NCBI GenBank assembly: GCA_002245135.1
Contig: NGBS01001165.1
Coordinates: forward strand, 248,001-282,048
Length of the DNA: 34,048 bases
Reading direction: 5' to 3'
Origin: Proteromonas lacertae
Taxonomy: Eukaryota
Part shown: positions 1-14,232 of the stretch, in pieces
Layout of the letters: each line of letters opens with the position of its first letter
Numbering within the stretch: position 1 is the stretch's first letter
Made by a program: the position numbers and the translations under genes
The notes under the pieces: generated by a model
The model's input: only the letters and a program-made list of their open reading frames with translations
Told to the model about the DNA's origin: nothing
The model's database searches: none

Positions 1-2256
1 AAAGACTGGTTTTTGGGTGTGAAAGACTCTATTAATTGGTATGAAGCTAAAAAAAGTATATTAATAAAGAGTAATGCAGTAAAATTCTTAAAGAAGGATG
101 ATTTTTGGAATAACAAAGATAATATAAGAAGAAATAATAATATTTCAGTTCAACCCAAATCATGTATATTAATATTATATTATTATTATTATTAGATTCT
201 ACTTACATTAAGTTAACTCCACCGCATGGAGGAATAATCAATGACTTAGTGAGTAAAGGATATGGAGATATAACATTCAAAGTAGGTCAAACTGAGATAA
301 AAAGTGTGAAGAATATATTATTATACCAACAAAATAACTATATAAATACCTTAATAGACAATGCATTTGATAAGAAATCAACTATTTATTTATCAGATGG
401 AATTACAGTGAATGGATTTAAGATGTTAATGGTTTATTATGGATATGGTGATGTAGAAGTAGATAGTAGTAATATTGGTGATTTGTTGATAACAAGTTAT
501 TTAATTAAAGATTATTCATTATTCAAACAATGTAAAGAGTATATATATATATATATATATATTAATAATATGAAAATAGATTTTTTGTGAATAATTTAGA
601 TTATAAATCCATTGATGTTTATTTCAATAATAATGACTATCTTGAACAAAAGAGTAAAAAAGTTTTGGATTTAGAAGTGCAATCTTATATATCATCCAAC
701 AATAATTATTTATTTAAAGATGATATCATATTAAATTATTCAATAGACTCACTTACAAAGATGGTTAAAACACCTGTTTTATATTTAACAAGTGAAAATA
801 CATTTGCTAATCAAATGTTGTTCTATTATAATGAATCAGAAAAGAATGGAAAAGTGAATATTTACTTTAAGAAACAATTCAGAGAGATTTGTGAATATAT
901 AGATTGGAGTAAAGTGGATAAGAAGATGTTGTTAAAATGTGAAGCGTTAAATGAAATTGATATAAATAAAAAGACATTAAAAGAAGGAATTGTTCACCAT
1001 TATATTGAAGAAAAAATACCATATCAATTGATGAGATTGTCATTCTTGAGAGAAGTAGAAGAAATGAAAAGTATAATTTATTTATTTATCCAATTTCAAT
1101 AGAAGAATATAATGAAGAATTAGTCAAAATAGATTTGAGAGAATATTTTGAAATTGAATCGTTACAAGATGATATTACAGAATATTGTATATATATATAT
1201 TATAACATTTATCGCATGTATAGTAATTGATAAAGTGTATGTTTTATTGGATAAGAAAATGAAAATCAGTAAAGATATCTTAGAGCCAATTCCTGATAAT
1301 GAGAAGTTATTCAAACATATATATGACGAATTCCCACAAAAGAATGTTGCTTCTACTTATTTACAGAATGAAAGTTATTTCTTATTGATAAGAGGTTATT
1401 TATTAAAACCACAATTGAAAGATAAATATCCATTAAATGAGTTAGTGTCTGAAATAAAGAGAAAGTTTTATGATGGAATTATTCATAAAAATATAATGGA
1501 TTTTAGACGTATAATTTTTAATTACTCTTTCTTTTTAAAATAGAATGTCCACTTACTGGTGATAATATCTTAATATTATCTAAACATTTCTATATGTTAG
1601 ACACTTTAAGAAACTTAGATCTGCCCAAACCGCAATTAAGAAAGTTATTCTCCAAACCATCCAGTGATAATGCTGAGTATTTAGTTAACCTTAAATCATT
1701 AACATGTGATGGAAAAAGAATAAAAGATAATGATTGGACATTCATATTCTTTAACATGACAATTAATTCAGCTGTTAAAGTAAGTAAATATAGTGAATTT
1801 TTCTATAATATAATTCATGATCATTATGTAGCGAAGAGTTATAAAGAAAAGAAAATATTTGAAGAAGAAGTGAAACAGAATAATTTATATGCACATAAAG
1901 AAGAAGAGGAAGAAAAGCAGAAGAATTCACATAAGAAAGGAAAGAAGAGTAAATCAAACTCTGATAATAATAATAATAATAATGAAGAAGTAAAACAAAA
2001 TGATTTACAATGTGCTAATAAAGAAGAAAAAGAAGAAGAAGAACAACAACAACAAGAGAAAGTACCAGAAGAAGAAGAAGAACATGAGGAAGAAGTGGAG
2101 GAAGGAGAAGAAGAAGAGGTTGAAGAAGAAGAAGAGGAGGAGGAGGAAGAAGAAGAAGAAGAAGAAGAAGTTGATTATGATGAACTTGATTTGGGCGATG
2201 ACGATGAAGTGGTGGATGGAAAAGGAAAGAAGGAAGAAATTATGGTAAAAGAATAA
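1..2256 (+). CDS. BTB/POZ (BACK-like) domain protein with acidic poly-Glu tail; 5' end lies outside window; multi-exon
   Basis: ORFs join in frame via GT-AG introns 164-195, 539-579, 1071-1102, 1187-1223 and 1509-1543. BTB-like motif DITFKVGQTEIKSVKNILLYQQNNYINTLI...GFKMLMVYYGYG. E-rich C-terminus; stop TAA 2254-2256. Confidence 0.7.
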
Positions 2257-2357
2257 CAAATCTTTATAAAATGAATTTATATTTTCTTTTCTTTATACTT
2301 TTCTTCTTATTTTTTATAAAACCAAAAAGGAACAATAAAATATAAAAATTAATCACT

Positions 2358-3173
2358 TTAAATTCTCGCTTTTTGAAATATATTTGTTGGATAAGGAATT
2401 AATGTATGTATTTTCAAATGAGTTTTTAATTCACTCATTGTAAAGAAACTTCTTGGACATTCAGCTATTAAACATGGATAATCTCTTCTCTTTTCATGCA
2501 TTCTCTTTTTATGAGCAGCTAAACCACTTGCATACATATATCTCTTGCCACAGTCTTTTACATCACAAACATGTGGAGATAATTCTTTTGTATGACATCT
2601 TTCATGTGGTTCTAACATTCTACGAGTTCTGAAACGTTTATCACATCCTTCATATCTACAACTAAATGGAAAAGCATTCTATATACATATAAAATAGTAT
2701 GATTATTATACATTATGAGTTAACATGTGTTGATTCAATATACTTGAAGTTGTAAAACATTTATTACATATTGAACAAACGTATGGTTTCTCATGTGTAT
2801 GTGTTCTTTGATGGATTATTCTACCACTGTCATTAGCAAATGTTTTATTACAATAATTGCAATGATAAGGTTTATAACCTGTGTGAATACGAATGTGATT
2901 CTTTAGCAGACTTTCATGGTGAAATAATTTACCACAACCTTCAAATGAACAGATATATGGTTTATCTATTTATATATATATATATATATTATTTTATACA
3001 TGTTTTATCTATTTTTCCTTTAGGAAATGCATAGGAACAAACACTACATACTTTTTTAGAGTTTCCTGAAAGACTTGCACAAATTGGACATCTTTTACCT
3101 TTCTTCATAGTAGATGGTGTGTTTTTAATAAACTCTAAATTCCATTGTGGTTTTATTGTTGTTGTTAATAATG

Positions 3174-3204
<31 letters not shown>

Positions 3205-4611
3205 AGAAGATAACGATGTTTGAGATGAAGCTTGAGATGGTGGAGGTGGTTGTAATAGTTGTGAATTTGGAGAAGATATTGATGTAGTCAAAGTTGCTGT
3301 TGATTGGTTATTGTTATTAATATTTGAAGGTGAAGATGATGATGAAGTTGAATGTGGTGGTGATGTGATTGATGATGATGATGGTGGAGTTACAGGTTGA
3401 ATATTCTGTGATAGTAACGGATTAGTATTAGAATCAACTAATAATGAAGAAGTAGAAGATGAAGCTGTAGATGTAATTGTAGAAGATGATGAAGAATGTG
3501 GTGATGTTGGTTGATTTTGTTGTTGTTGTTGTTGTTGAGATGGTTGTGTAGGAGGCATTATTGAAGATGGTAAAGAAGTTGAAATTCCTTGAGGTAATGG
3601 ATTACTTACGATTTGTTCAGAATTCATTAAATATAAAGTACCATTGCTATTATCATCTGATTTATTATTATTCAACAACATATGATTATTATTATTTGTA
3701 CTAGTAATGTTATTACACAATATTTGTAATCTATCAGCCATTAATCGATGGTATTTCCACGCATTAATCACTTGTTCTTGTGTATATTCATCAATATTTG
3801 GAATTACGTTATTATTATTGTTTGATTGTAGTTTTTGCACTAATATACAATCTCTTGCAAAGGAACTTTCAACGGCTGAATATAATTGATCATTAAACCG
3901 AATGGCTCTATCACAGGAACTTCCATCCTTTGGCTTTGTTCTTATTCTATTTCTGATGAGTTTATTAACTCCTTGCATGGTTAAGTAGATAGAAGGTGGA
4001 TTAAATCCAACATCTCCTATCATTTTCACTGCAACTTTATCTTCCCAGTAAAATAATAATATATTAAAGTTACTATTTGTATATATATTAAAAGATATAT
4101 CTTTAAAAGCTCGTAAGTATTGTGATATTCGTGTTTTTGTAGTTGGATTTATTGCTTGAATAACTTCTTTTACTCCAAATAGCACTTTGCCAGCTTCATA
4201 GATGATTGGAATATTTACTTCATCGAACTGAAACGTACCTGTATTGGATAATTCTATTGTTAAACCACCATTGGAAGACTATTTATGAAGAATAATTACC
4301 AATTAAACAATACTAATTGCTGCAATAAATTTGTACTTGTAGAGCAATAAATAGATTCTGCTTCATGAATTATATCTCCCTCAACTTCATAGCTGTTTTG
4401 ATCTATAAATCCTTGATGCTATAATTGAATATAATTATGTATAAATTTTGCTTTATACTTCTTCTAATGTTTGAGATGGTAAATATCCAAAAGAACCCAT
4501 ATTGGGAGAATTGGGTGTAGGCTGATATTTTTGGTATGCATCTGGTAAATAATGAACTGTATCTGTAATTCCATTATCATGAATAGATCCCTGATTGTCA
4601 GAATTATTCAT
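2358..4611 (-). CDS. Putative transcription factor: Bro-N-like domain, Q/S/P-rich region, C4 zinc ribbon, six C2H2 fingers
   Basis: ATG at 4611; introns 4419-4458, about 4279-4313, 2966-2999 and 2679-2711 join exons in frame. Six CX2-4C...HX3-4H fingers with HTGYKPY and HTHEKPY linkers; CPIC...CSVC ribbon. Confidence 0.8.
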
Positions 4612-4694
4612 AGAACGAGAAAAGAACAAACAAAAACCTCAAGCAAAAGTTTGGAATCGAGCTTTATTGATTTGATTTGTGTATCATTTATTAA

Positions 4695-5714
4695 ATGATT
4701 AAGTATTTAGGTATAATCTCAATATTTTTATGATTGTTTAGCATTGTTTTTGGCGAGCTGGCTTTTGTCTTGTATGGTTATTGCTACTATATTGTACTAG
4801 CAACCGTTATTGTTGATAGAGAGGCTTTCAGACCTACTGAAAAGAATTTGGAATTTGATTTTTATCCTCCTAACCCAGATGTCAAGTATCCCTATTTCAT
4901 TTTTAATATATATAGTAATATAACAGAGATTATGCTACAGAGAGACAATTGTGATACAGAATTGAAAATCGAGTATAATGACCAAATAGCCACTATGGAC
5001 AAGGATGCTAAGAACATGAAAATTTATAATGGTGATAAAGGTTTTTGTTATGAAAACTGCAAATACCATTTCACTGCAAATAACTCATGTGATGGCTCAA
5101 TTTTATTAAAGATAAAAGCAGACGAAAAGAACCTTGATTATGGTGAAAATCCAACAATTTTAAACATAAATACAACTAACTATTATAACTACACTGACAA
5201 AACTGATTTAACAAATATAACATATTTACACTTTGATGTAAGCAATTACAATTCAAATAGCGAATTATATGTCTATGTTAGTCACAAACAATTCCCATCC
5301 AAGAGTAATTCCGTTATATCTGAATGGACAGTTTCTCCTAATTCTATTGGCGAATTTAATATACCATCCTATGAAGCTTGGTTCTGTTTGAATTGTAATT
5401 ATTACATTACCCTTGCTTCCAACAATAAAGATGAAAAACCACTTGATAATATTACTATTAATATATATTATAGCTTCGAACCAAATCAACCAGATACACA
5501 GACTATAGTTTTATGGTCATTATTAGGAATAAGTGTAACTTTGGCTTTGACTGTATTATCTGTAGTTTTTGTGAAAGTATGTATGGTTATGATGGATAAA
5601 AGAAAGGAAAAGAAGAAGGCTGAAGAACAACAGAAATCTCAAAATCAACCATTGTTAGATAATGCTGATACTGCTATAACCACGACCACGACCACAACTA
5701 CTACTTCTGTTTAA
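4695..5714 (+). CDS. Single-pass type I membrane/surface protein of unknown function
   Basis: ATG 4695 plus introns 4711-4741 and 4772-4800 gives the signal-like MIKYLALFLASWLLSS; Asn/Tyr/Cys-rich ectodomain; TM helix IVLWSLLGISVTLALTVLSVVFV followed by a basic tail. Confidence 0.7.
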
Positions 5715-5900
5715 GAATTATCTATAATATAACTTAATATTTTGATCAATTACTTCATTTACCATTATTATTAATACTGTTGTGAATTATTTTGTGTGAA
5801 ATGATGAATTACATAATTTTGAGGGTTAAAGAATGTGTTTAAGACATTTTTTTAATATCAAGCCTTTATATAAAACTCAAGCTGCATTTTTGTATTTTGG

Positions 5901-7100
<1,200 letters not shown>

Positions 7101-7151
7101 ATATGTAATGTTTTTGGATGTTATTTTTGTTTTTTTAATTGAAATGGGGTT

Positions 7152-8123
7152 ATGAAAAAAATGTTTCACCAGATTTTTTTTAGAACTTTTAAGAATTCTG
7201 CTTTATTGCTAATGAAGAAGGAAGTAGTCTTTGCTGGAGGTTGCTTTTGGTGTATGGAAAAGACATTTGATAAGATACCTGGTGTTTTAAATACAACTTC
7301 AGGATATTGTGGTGGAACTAAAGAAAATCCAACATATAGAGATGTTTGTGATGGGAATACTGGCCATTATGAAGCACTTAAAGTAGAATATGATGATGAA
7401 CAAATCGCTTTTAAATCTTTAGTTGATATATACTTTAGAAATATTGATCCAACAGATACAGAAGGTCAATTTAATGATAGAGGTAGTAGTTACCAAACAG
7501 CTGTATTTTATTTCGATGAAGATCAGAAGAAAGTAGTAGAAGATAAGATTCGAGAAATTAAAGATAGTAATCTATTTAAGAAGCCCATTGCAACAAAAAT
7601 AATCCCACGAAAACCATTTTATCCAGCTGAAGACTATCATCAAAAATATTATATCAAAAACTCTGATCATTATAATAGCTATTATGTTGGTAGCGGAAGA
7701 TATAGTTCATGCAAGTTAAATTGGGATAAAAATCCTGAAAGAGCAAAGAAATCTAATTTAGATAAGAATTCAATAGAATATAAAGTAACTCAAGAAGATG
7801 GAACAGAACCTCCATTTGATAATAAATACAATGATTTCTTTGAAGATGGAATATATGTTGATATAACAACAAATGAACCATTATTTTCATCAAAAGACAA
7901 ATTCAAATGCACTTGTGGATGGCCAGCATTTAGTAAACCAATAAATAACAATTGTACATATACAAGGATGGATTTAAGTCATAATATGAAGAGAACTGAA
8001 GTAAGATCATTATCCAGTAATAATCACCTCGGTCATGTGTTTGATGATGGTCCAGAAGAATCAGGAGGTTTAAGATACTGTATAAATTCAGCTTCACTTA
8101 AATTTATACCTTCTAATAAATAA
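7152..8123 (+). CDS. msrAB: Bifunctional peptide methionine sulfoxide reductase MsrA-MsrB, intronless, with short N-terminal extension
   Basis: MsrA motifs FAGGCFWC and [12 protein letters not shown]; MsrB motifs [16 protein letters not shown] and RYCINS. Confidence 0.95.
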   Translation: MKKMFHQIFFRTFKNSALLLMKKEVVFAGGCFWCMEKTFDKIPGVLNTTSGYCGGTKENPTYRDVCDGNTGHYEALKVEYDDEQIAFKSLVDIYFRNIDPTDTEGQFNDRGSSYQTAVFYFDEDQKKVVEDKIREIKDSNLFKKPIATKIIPRKPFYPAEDYHQKYYIKNSDHYNSYYVGSGRYSSCKLNWDKNPERAKKSNLDKNSIEYKVTQEDGTEPPFDNKYNDFFEDGIYVDITTNEPLFSSKDKFKCTCGWPAFSKPINNNCTYTRMDLSHNMKRTEVRSLSSNNHLGHVFDDGPEESGGLRYCINSASLKFIPSNK

Positions 8124-8160
8124 ATAAATAAAACAATTTAAAAAATAACAAATAATTAAA

Positions 8161-8881
8161 TTAATGTTTTTTCATAAATAGTATTGGAATTAAAATGATT
8201 AATATATTTGATACTACAAGTATTAAAAAAATATTGAACAAACAAAAATTGTATTTGCCAATACACTTACCTGTCCAAGGACAATGGTGATCTAACTATG
8301 AGAGTTATAAAAATAATTAACAAATAGTATACATCTTCAATACATACATCACAATATTCACAATGATATGTATGAGGAGGAATATAAGCGTGACAAATAG
8401 TACATTTCCTTAACGGACGATAGTTATAAAACTTTTGAGCAGCTTCAAATGTGAGATTTGATGGTGCAATTCCAGGATTCGAAAAGATGAGCATAGTATA
8501 TACAGTAACTGTAGCTATTCCAAATGTTGGCACTATAAAATTACCTATTTTGTAGGTTGGATTTGACATTATTACTAACAATGAAAAAAGAATATTTGCA
8601 CCAATTATCATTCCATAGGTTATGATTGTGACATACCAATGTGGTCCAAGAATAAATATCTTTGGCGGAAGATGTTCTTCCAAATTGCCTTTGAATAAAT
8701 AATTACTTCCTAAATAACCACCTATATAAAATAATAAATGCCTTTTTCACATACCAGTCAATGGTTTTTTACAACATTTGAAACAAGACTTTGGTGAATT
8801 GGGTGTTTCATATTGTGCTTCTAATTGATCTTCATTGTTGGGTCTACGCTTTGATGTTAAAAGTTTTGAATTTTCACTCAT
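8161..8881 (-). CDS. DHHC-type palmitoyl acyltransferase-like protein (short C-terminus)
   Basis: ATG 8881; intron 8722-8754 and a second intron just before LDHHCPWTGKCIGKYN; Cys-rich CTIC...HCEYCDVC; stop at 8161-8163. Confidence 0.85.
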
Positions 8882-8970
8882 TAGTCAGGAAAACAATGAA
8901 GTTTATAATTCAAATTAAAAATAGATTCGTTTAGTTATCAGTTTCTCGAAAATTGGCTGAATAGAGGAAT

Positions 8971-9960
8971 ATGAGTAATAAAAACGATGATTTAAAAACC
9001 CAACTTAGATATACTTACCCATTTGACAAGAGTTATGAGTTAGTTGACCACTCTAAAGACTATTTGAACTTGATTCTAGGTAGAAAACTGGAACAAGCTA
9101 TTGAAGAAGCAGAAAATAAAGAAGAGGAAGAGAATGCACAAAATGAATATAATGATGAGCAGGTTTTGATAGATATTGATGACAGTCAACTCCAATCTGC
9201 AGAACCTGTTGAGACTACCAATGTTTTAGCATTTGATGTTGATTCTGATGATGAGGATAGATTTGGTGATATGGGTTTCTTATATACACCACCAAAGCCG
9301 AAACATACATTATGTTGTCATAAAAGTATATAACTTTTGTTGATTATTATTTATTTTTTGTTATTTATTAGGCGATGTATATGGGTATATGACAAAATTA
9401 TATGGATCAGAAAACAGTCACTATTTCCCATTTGTAATGATAATTGGTCCAGATATAGCCACAATGGCATGCACAATCTGTTCAAATTTGATTGTGAACT
9501 TAGCTTGTTTAATATATACTTATGTTGGCAAAAAATGTTATATTGGAGGTAGTGTTAATTTGGCAATATTTCTTATACATTTATTTTTCTATTTTATGGC
9601 TGCTTTCAGTGACTGTGGTGCAATTCCAAAGAATCTATCATTATTAGAATCAAAAGAAAAATATAGCGAGTTTGGAAGAGTTTTAAAATGTCGTATATAT
9701 ATATATATATAATATAAAATATAAAATAGATCAATGCCATATGTATAGACCAGCAAGAGCATTTCATTGTGAATATTGTAATGTTTGTGTTGATCAAGTA
9801 TATATATATTGAATATATTATATTTTAGATTGATCATCACTGTCCTTTTGTTGGAAAATGTATAGGCAAATATAATTTACCATTTTTCAGAGGTTTTATT
9901 GTCTTTTTATTGGTAAATATATTGTCTGTACTTGTATCTATAGTTGCATGCAGTTTTTGA
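8971..9960 (+). CDS. DHHC-type palmitoyl acyltransferase-like protein (short C-terminus), paralog of the divergent neighbour
   Basis: Spliced ORFs give IIGPD, SDCGAIP, HCEYCNVC and DHHCPFVGKCIGKYN; stop TGA 9958-9960. Confidence 0.85.
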
Positions 9961-10099
9961 TAAAAGTTTGTTGTATTTATGTAGAAATTAATAATAATGT
10001 ATATATATAATATCTTTTGAGTTGAACTGTATAAAAAATATAATTAAAACACAAAATATTAATAACTAAATAAACAAAAAACACACATGAAACTAATTT

Positions 10100-11257
10100 C
10101 TACTTAATGAGTAATTCATCAACTTGATTCCCATTTGGTTCTGCTAATACATCTTTAAAGAAGTACCAAACATCATACAAGCCAATTGGTGACAAGTCTT
10201 TCACTGCATATACATCTGATAAATCTGTAGTTGAAACTAAGCTCTTTATATCCACCATTTTACCTTCAATATTATTGAGTTCTACACCTGAATGCTTTGA
10301 AAGTATTCCAATATATTCGTCTAATAAATAAATTGGATCAACTTGACTTAGACTATCAATAAACTATAACATTATAGTCAATAGTGAATTAATAGATATT
10401 TATACCTTTTCTAATGACTTTGAAGTGAAGATACAAAAAGATTTATCAAAATGAGGTGGATATTCTTCATGTGGGTATATATCTGGATATATCATATTTA
10501 GCTTATTAGCATCTCTTTCAACCTTCTCATTTTCAATAAGTATTCCCTTTCCTGTGTATTGCTTCTCTCTTAATTGAGGAATGTCATGATTAATTATATA
10601 ATGTATATTTACAAATGTCGATGTATCACATTTCATAAAGTAATATATTGAATCACAATTATCATTCAGCCATTTCAAAGATAACATAAATGACAGTGTT
10701 TCTTGAAATTCTTTATTTTCAAAAGAAAACTGAATTATATCTTTATACTTCTCATACTCTTCTTCCAATAACTCTTTGTTATTTAAGGAAACACCCACGA
10801 AAAATCCTATTTTTATTGAATATCTGTTGTAATTTCTTATATTAGCTATAGTCTTTCTGATTACATATCTCTCGAATAATTTATCCGCTCTAACATAATA
10901 GGCAATGAATATTCTCGGAACATCAGAACAAAGATCTACTGGATTGAGTGTTACTTTGTAATTACCTAATGCTACTGTTAATTCTGAAATGCTATGGATT
11001 TTACGTAAGTTAGGTGATGATTTGATATCGCTAATAACACATTCAGGATCAGGTTTCATAGAAACACATTTTGACACATATTTACCTTTTGCTTCAATTT
11101 TTAAACTAAATTCATTTTCTAGTCTAGTTAATGGTGAGGAAATTTCATCTGAGAATCTTAATGAGGTGTCTTCCTTGATGAAAACTCCATATATTATAAA
11201 TGATGCTGCGCCATATATAAGTAACAAACCTAAGAATATATATTTGATTAAAGTCAT
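10100..11257 (-). CDS. GT31-family (beta-1,3-galactosyltransferase-like) type II membrane glycosyltransferase
   Basis: N-terminal TM anchor; RYVIRKT, FFVG, EEYEKYKDIIQ, YFMKCDTSTFVN, YPP and DEYIG motifs; one intron near 10373-10403; stop 10100-10102. Confidence 0.75.
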
Positions 11258-11551
11258 TTATATCACACAAAAATGCAAAATCTTTATTTTCTTCGGTTGG
11301 AGGTGTTATTGAGAGAAAATGCTTGTAATTTTTTAATAAGAAAATTATTTGAGTTATGGTTAATCATCCAAACTATATGGGATGTTGTAGAATGTATTTG
11401 TCACATTTCTTGCACATTTAAAGAAAATTTGGCATAAGTAATTAATCCATAATGATTATTGTGATTTGATGTTTTATTTGTTTTTTGTATTGCAATATAG
11501 CGAGATAATTGACTTTTAAATATTAAGAAACGAATATATTTTTTGAATTAG

Positions 11552-14090
11552 ATGTCTTTTTCTTTTTTTCTTCTGCTAGTTTCACTTATCGTGACTATTA
11601 ATTGTCATGAACTGACTAATACACTATTTACTAAAGCTGGAGTATATATTTGTTTTATTATGAGTAGGATAAAATACTTGTTAAAGAAATACTGCATATT
11701 GGACTAATAGGTTTTGATGATATGGTTACTGAAGAGGAATTGTTGGATATGTTAAGTCATACTATGTCAGACTATACACCTACTCTATTCCATTCAAACA
11801 AAGAGAATATGAACTTTTTTAACTATAGCATAGAATATGATGTATGTTAGTAATGCTTATAAAGTATTAGATTCGATTATTTTCAAAGAATGAGGGAGAT
11901 GAATTGTGGATTTTGAATGAAATCTCTTTTAAATATCATTTTTATAATTCAGAAATAGCCAAGATACCTTAATTAGTGTAAATCCCTCCTCTGATTTTAG
12001 TGATTATGCATCAATCAATTACAATGATCCAATGTTTGAATCACAATTAAACATTCTCTACAATAATCGTATTGATAGAAATAAAGCATTTTTAACCAAT
12101 AGATTTTCAACCAACAGGATCCTATCATAAACAAAATGAAATAGATATACCAACATTTGGAGTATTATTCTTATATATATATATATATTTTAATAGATAT
12201 TATTTATTAATCCAGATTTGGAACAAATTAAACCAGAATGGTATGAAGAACAAATAAAGCCGTTTCATTATTTATACAAATCAACAGAAGGATACAATAA
12301 TACAGGAACATTTGTATAATATATATAATATATATATTATCATACATTAGACTTGGTTGAGTAAATTAGGTTATATTGTTATTGATATAAAAGCTGGTCC
12401 ACTTCATTGGGGTAATATGAAAGATAATGATTATATTCATTCAGATTTATATACGAAATATAAGCCAGGAATTGATACACATGGAGATCATAGTATATAT
12501 TAATTTATAATTATTATTTTTATTAGTATTATATAAGAATCCAAGTTTATTATCTAAAATATGTGTATTAACAGTAAATTCAATTGAATTTTTATTTGCT
12601 TCTGATATTCCATATGATACAATCAATAATAATCATGTATATATTTATAATAAATATATTTTAATATATATATAATATAATATAGGTTATAATTCCAATC
12701 GTAATATTTTACAATCACAATGATTTCAATCCAATTGGTAATGAAAAAGAAAATTTAATCGATTTTACATTCATAGAAAATGAAATAAAGAAAATTTTAC
12801 TACCTCATCAAATACTCCATATAGTACCAATGTTATTGCCAATTCAATATAATACACATATTGCATTAGCATTATCAAACGGTTTGAAAACCAAAATGAG
12901 TTATATAAAAATTGGAGAAAATCATTATCATCCTTCTATTAATTATTATTTAGAGCCAACTGTATTATATGAATCAATAAAGAATGAAGGGAATGAATTA
13001 ATTATTGATTATCTCAATTCAATAAATGAATATTCTGAAATTATAAATACAACAAAAATTAGACCAATTGAATCTTCTATTATTCCAGTTTATGTATTTT
13101 CATTAAATTCATCATCTTATGATGAAAATATCACTTTTGCTAATAAATATGATAATAATAATCATTTATATTATGAACCATTTTCAGATGGAGTTTTAGT
13201 TTTACAAACTATAAATACGAATAAAGAAACTGATTTCTATACAAATAAAAAACAAATAAAATGTAGTGGATTATTAACTACGAATTATATTATAGCTGGA
13301 TTACTACAAACAGTTGTATTATTTTTATTATTATTTTTTACTTTATTTTATTAATTGAATAGGGAAATATTAATGTTCCATTTGTTAGATATTCAGAACC
13401 ACATCAGAAATATGAGTATAGTTATTTATTTGTGTATGGTTATCATCCATTTTCTTTGATTAACAAATGTTCTTCACTTTCTAATGTTTATTACAGTATT
13501 TCACAGAGGAATAATATATTGGCTGAAGTTGCTGATGCAATTATTGAAATGAGAAATTCTTTAGAAAAGATAAACGATTTTGCATTTGAAAATTTCTTGT
13601 ATAATTATTATTTCTATTTTTCAAAATAGAATTACACCATTTTATTCATCAGCCACTCATGAAGAAGATAACAAGCAAATTTGGATTGATATATTATACC
13701 ACAATGATCCTAATAACAATGACAATTCTGATATTCATTTATTAACTTATACTTCTTTATCAAAATTACATTCAATGATGTTGGAAATTGAAAAAGACTA
13801 TCAGTATATTTCAAGGGAATTTAATAACGCCAATTTTAGAGTATATATATAACTATCATCTATAGAAAGCATATGATTTTAGTTTGATGTTTTTAGATCA
13901 TATTCATACATTTACTGTAACTGTAAATGAAGAACTATATCAGATGAGAGAAAATATGAATTGTTGTTTTGTGAAGCATGAAATTGAGTCTGTTGTCAAT
14001 AGTAGTGTATTTCTGAAGATATTTGGAGTATTTGTCTTCATTTTTGTAATTGGCTTTGTAGTAACTTTAATTGTCAGAAAGCCATTTTAA
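11552..14090 (+). CDS. Large multi-exon membrane protein with signal peptide and C-terminal TM helix; resembles an uncharacterised plant/protist family (At4g16180/At5g58100-like)
   Basis: Signal-like MSFFFFLLLVSLIV; many short introns; motifs IVIDIKAGPLHWG, IIPVYVFSL, YGYHPF and QRNNILAEV; terminal TM FLKIFGVFVFIFVIGFVVTLIV. Family similarity is from memory only. Confidence 0.55.
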
Positions 14091-14232
14091 TATATATATT
14101 ATAATCTTTATTATTCCATTCTATTGTTGATTTATAAATGTTATACAAAAAACAAATGTTAAATGAATTTAATTAATCGAGTCAAGCTTTTCCGTTTTTT
14201 ATAAAACTGATTTTTAATTTTAAAAAATAAAT

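Noticed and set aside
2000..2259. Poly-Lys and poly-Phe ORFs
   Set aside because: Alternative-frame and antisense shadows of the GAA-rich poly-Glu tail.
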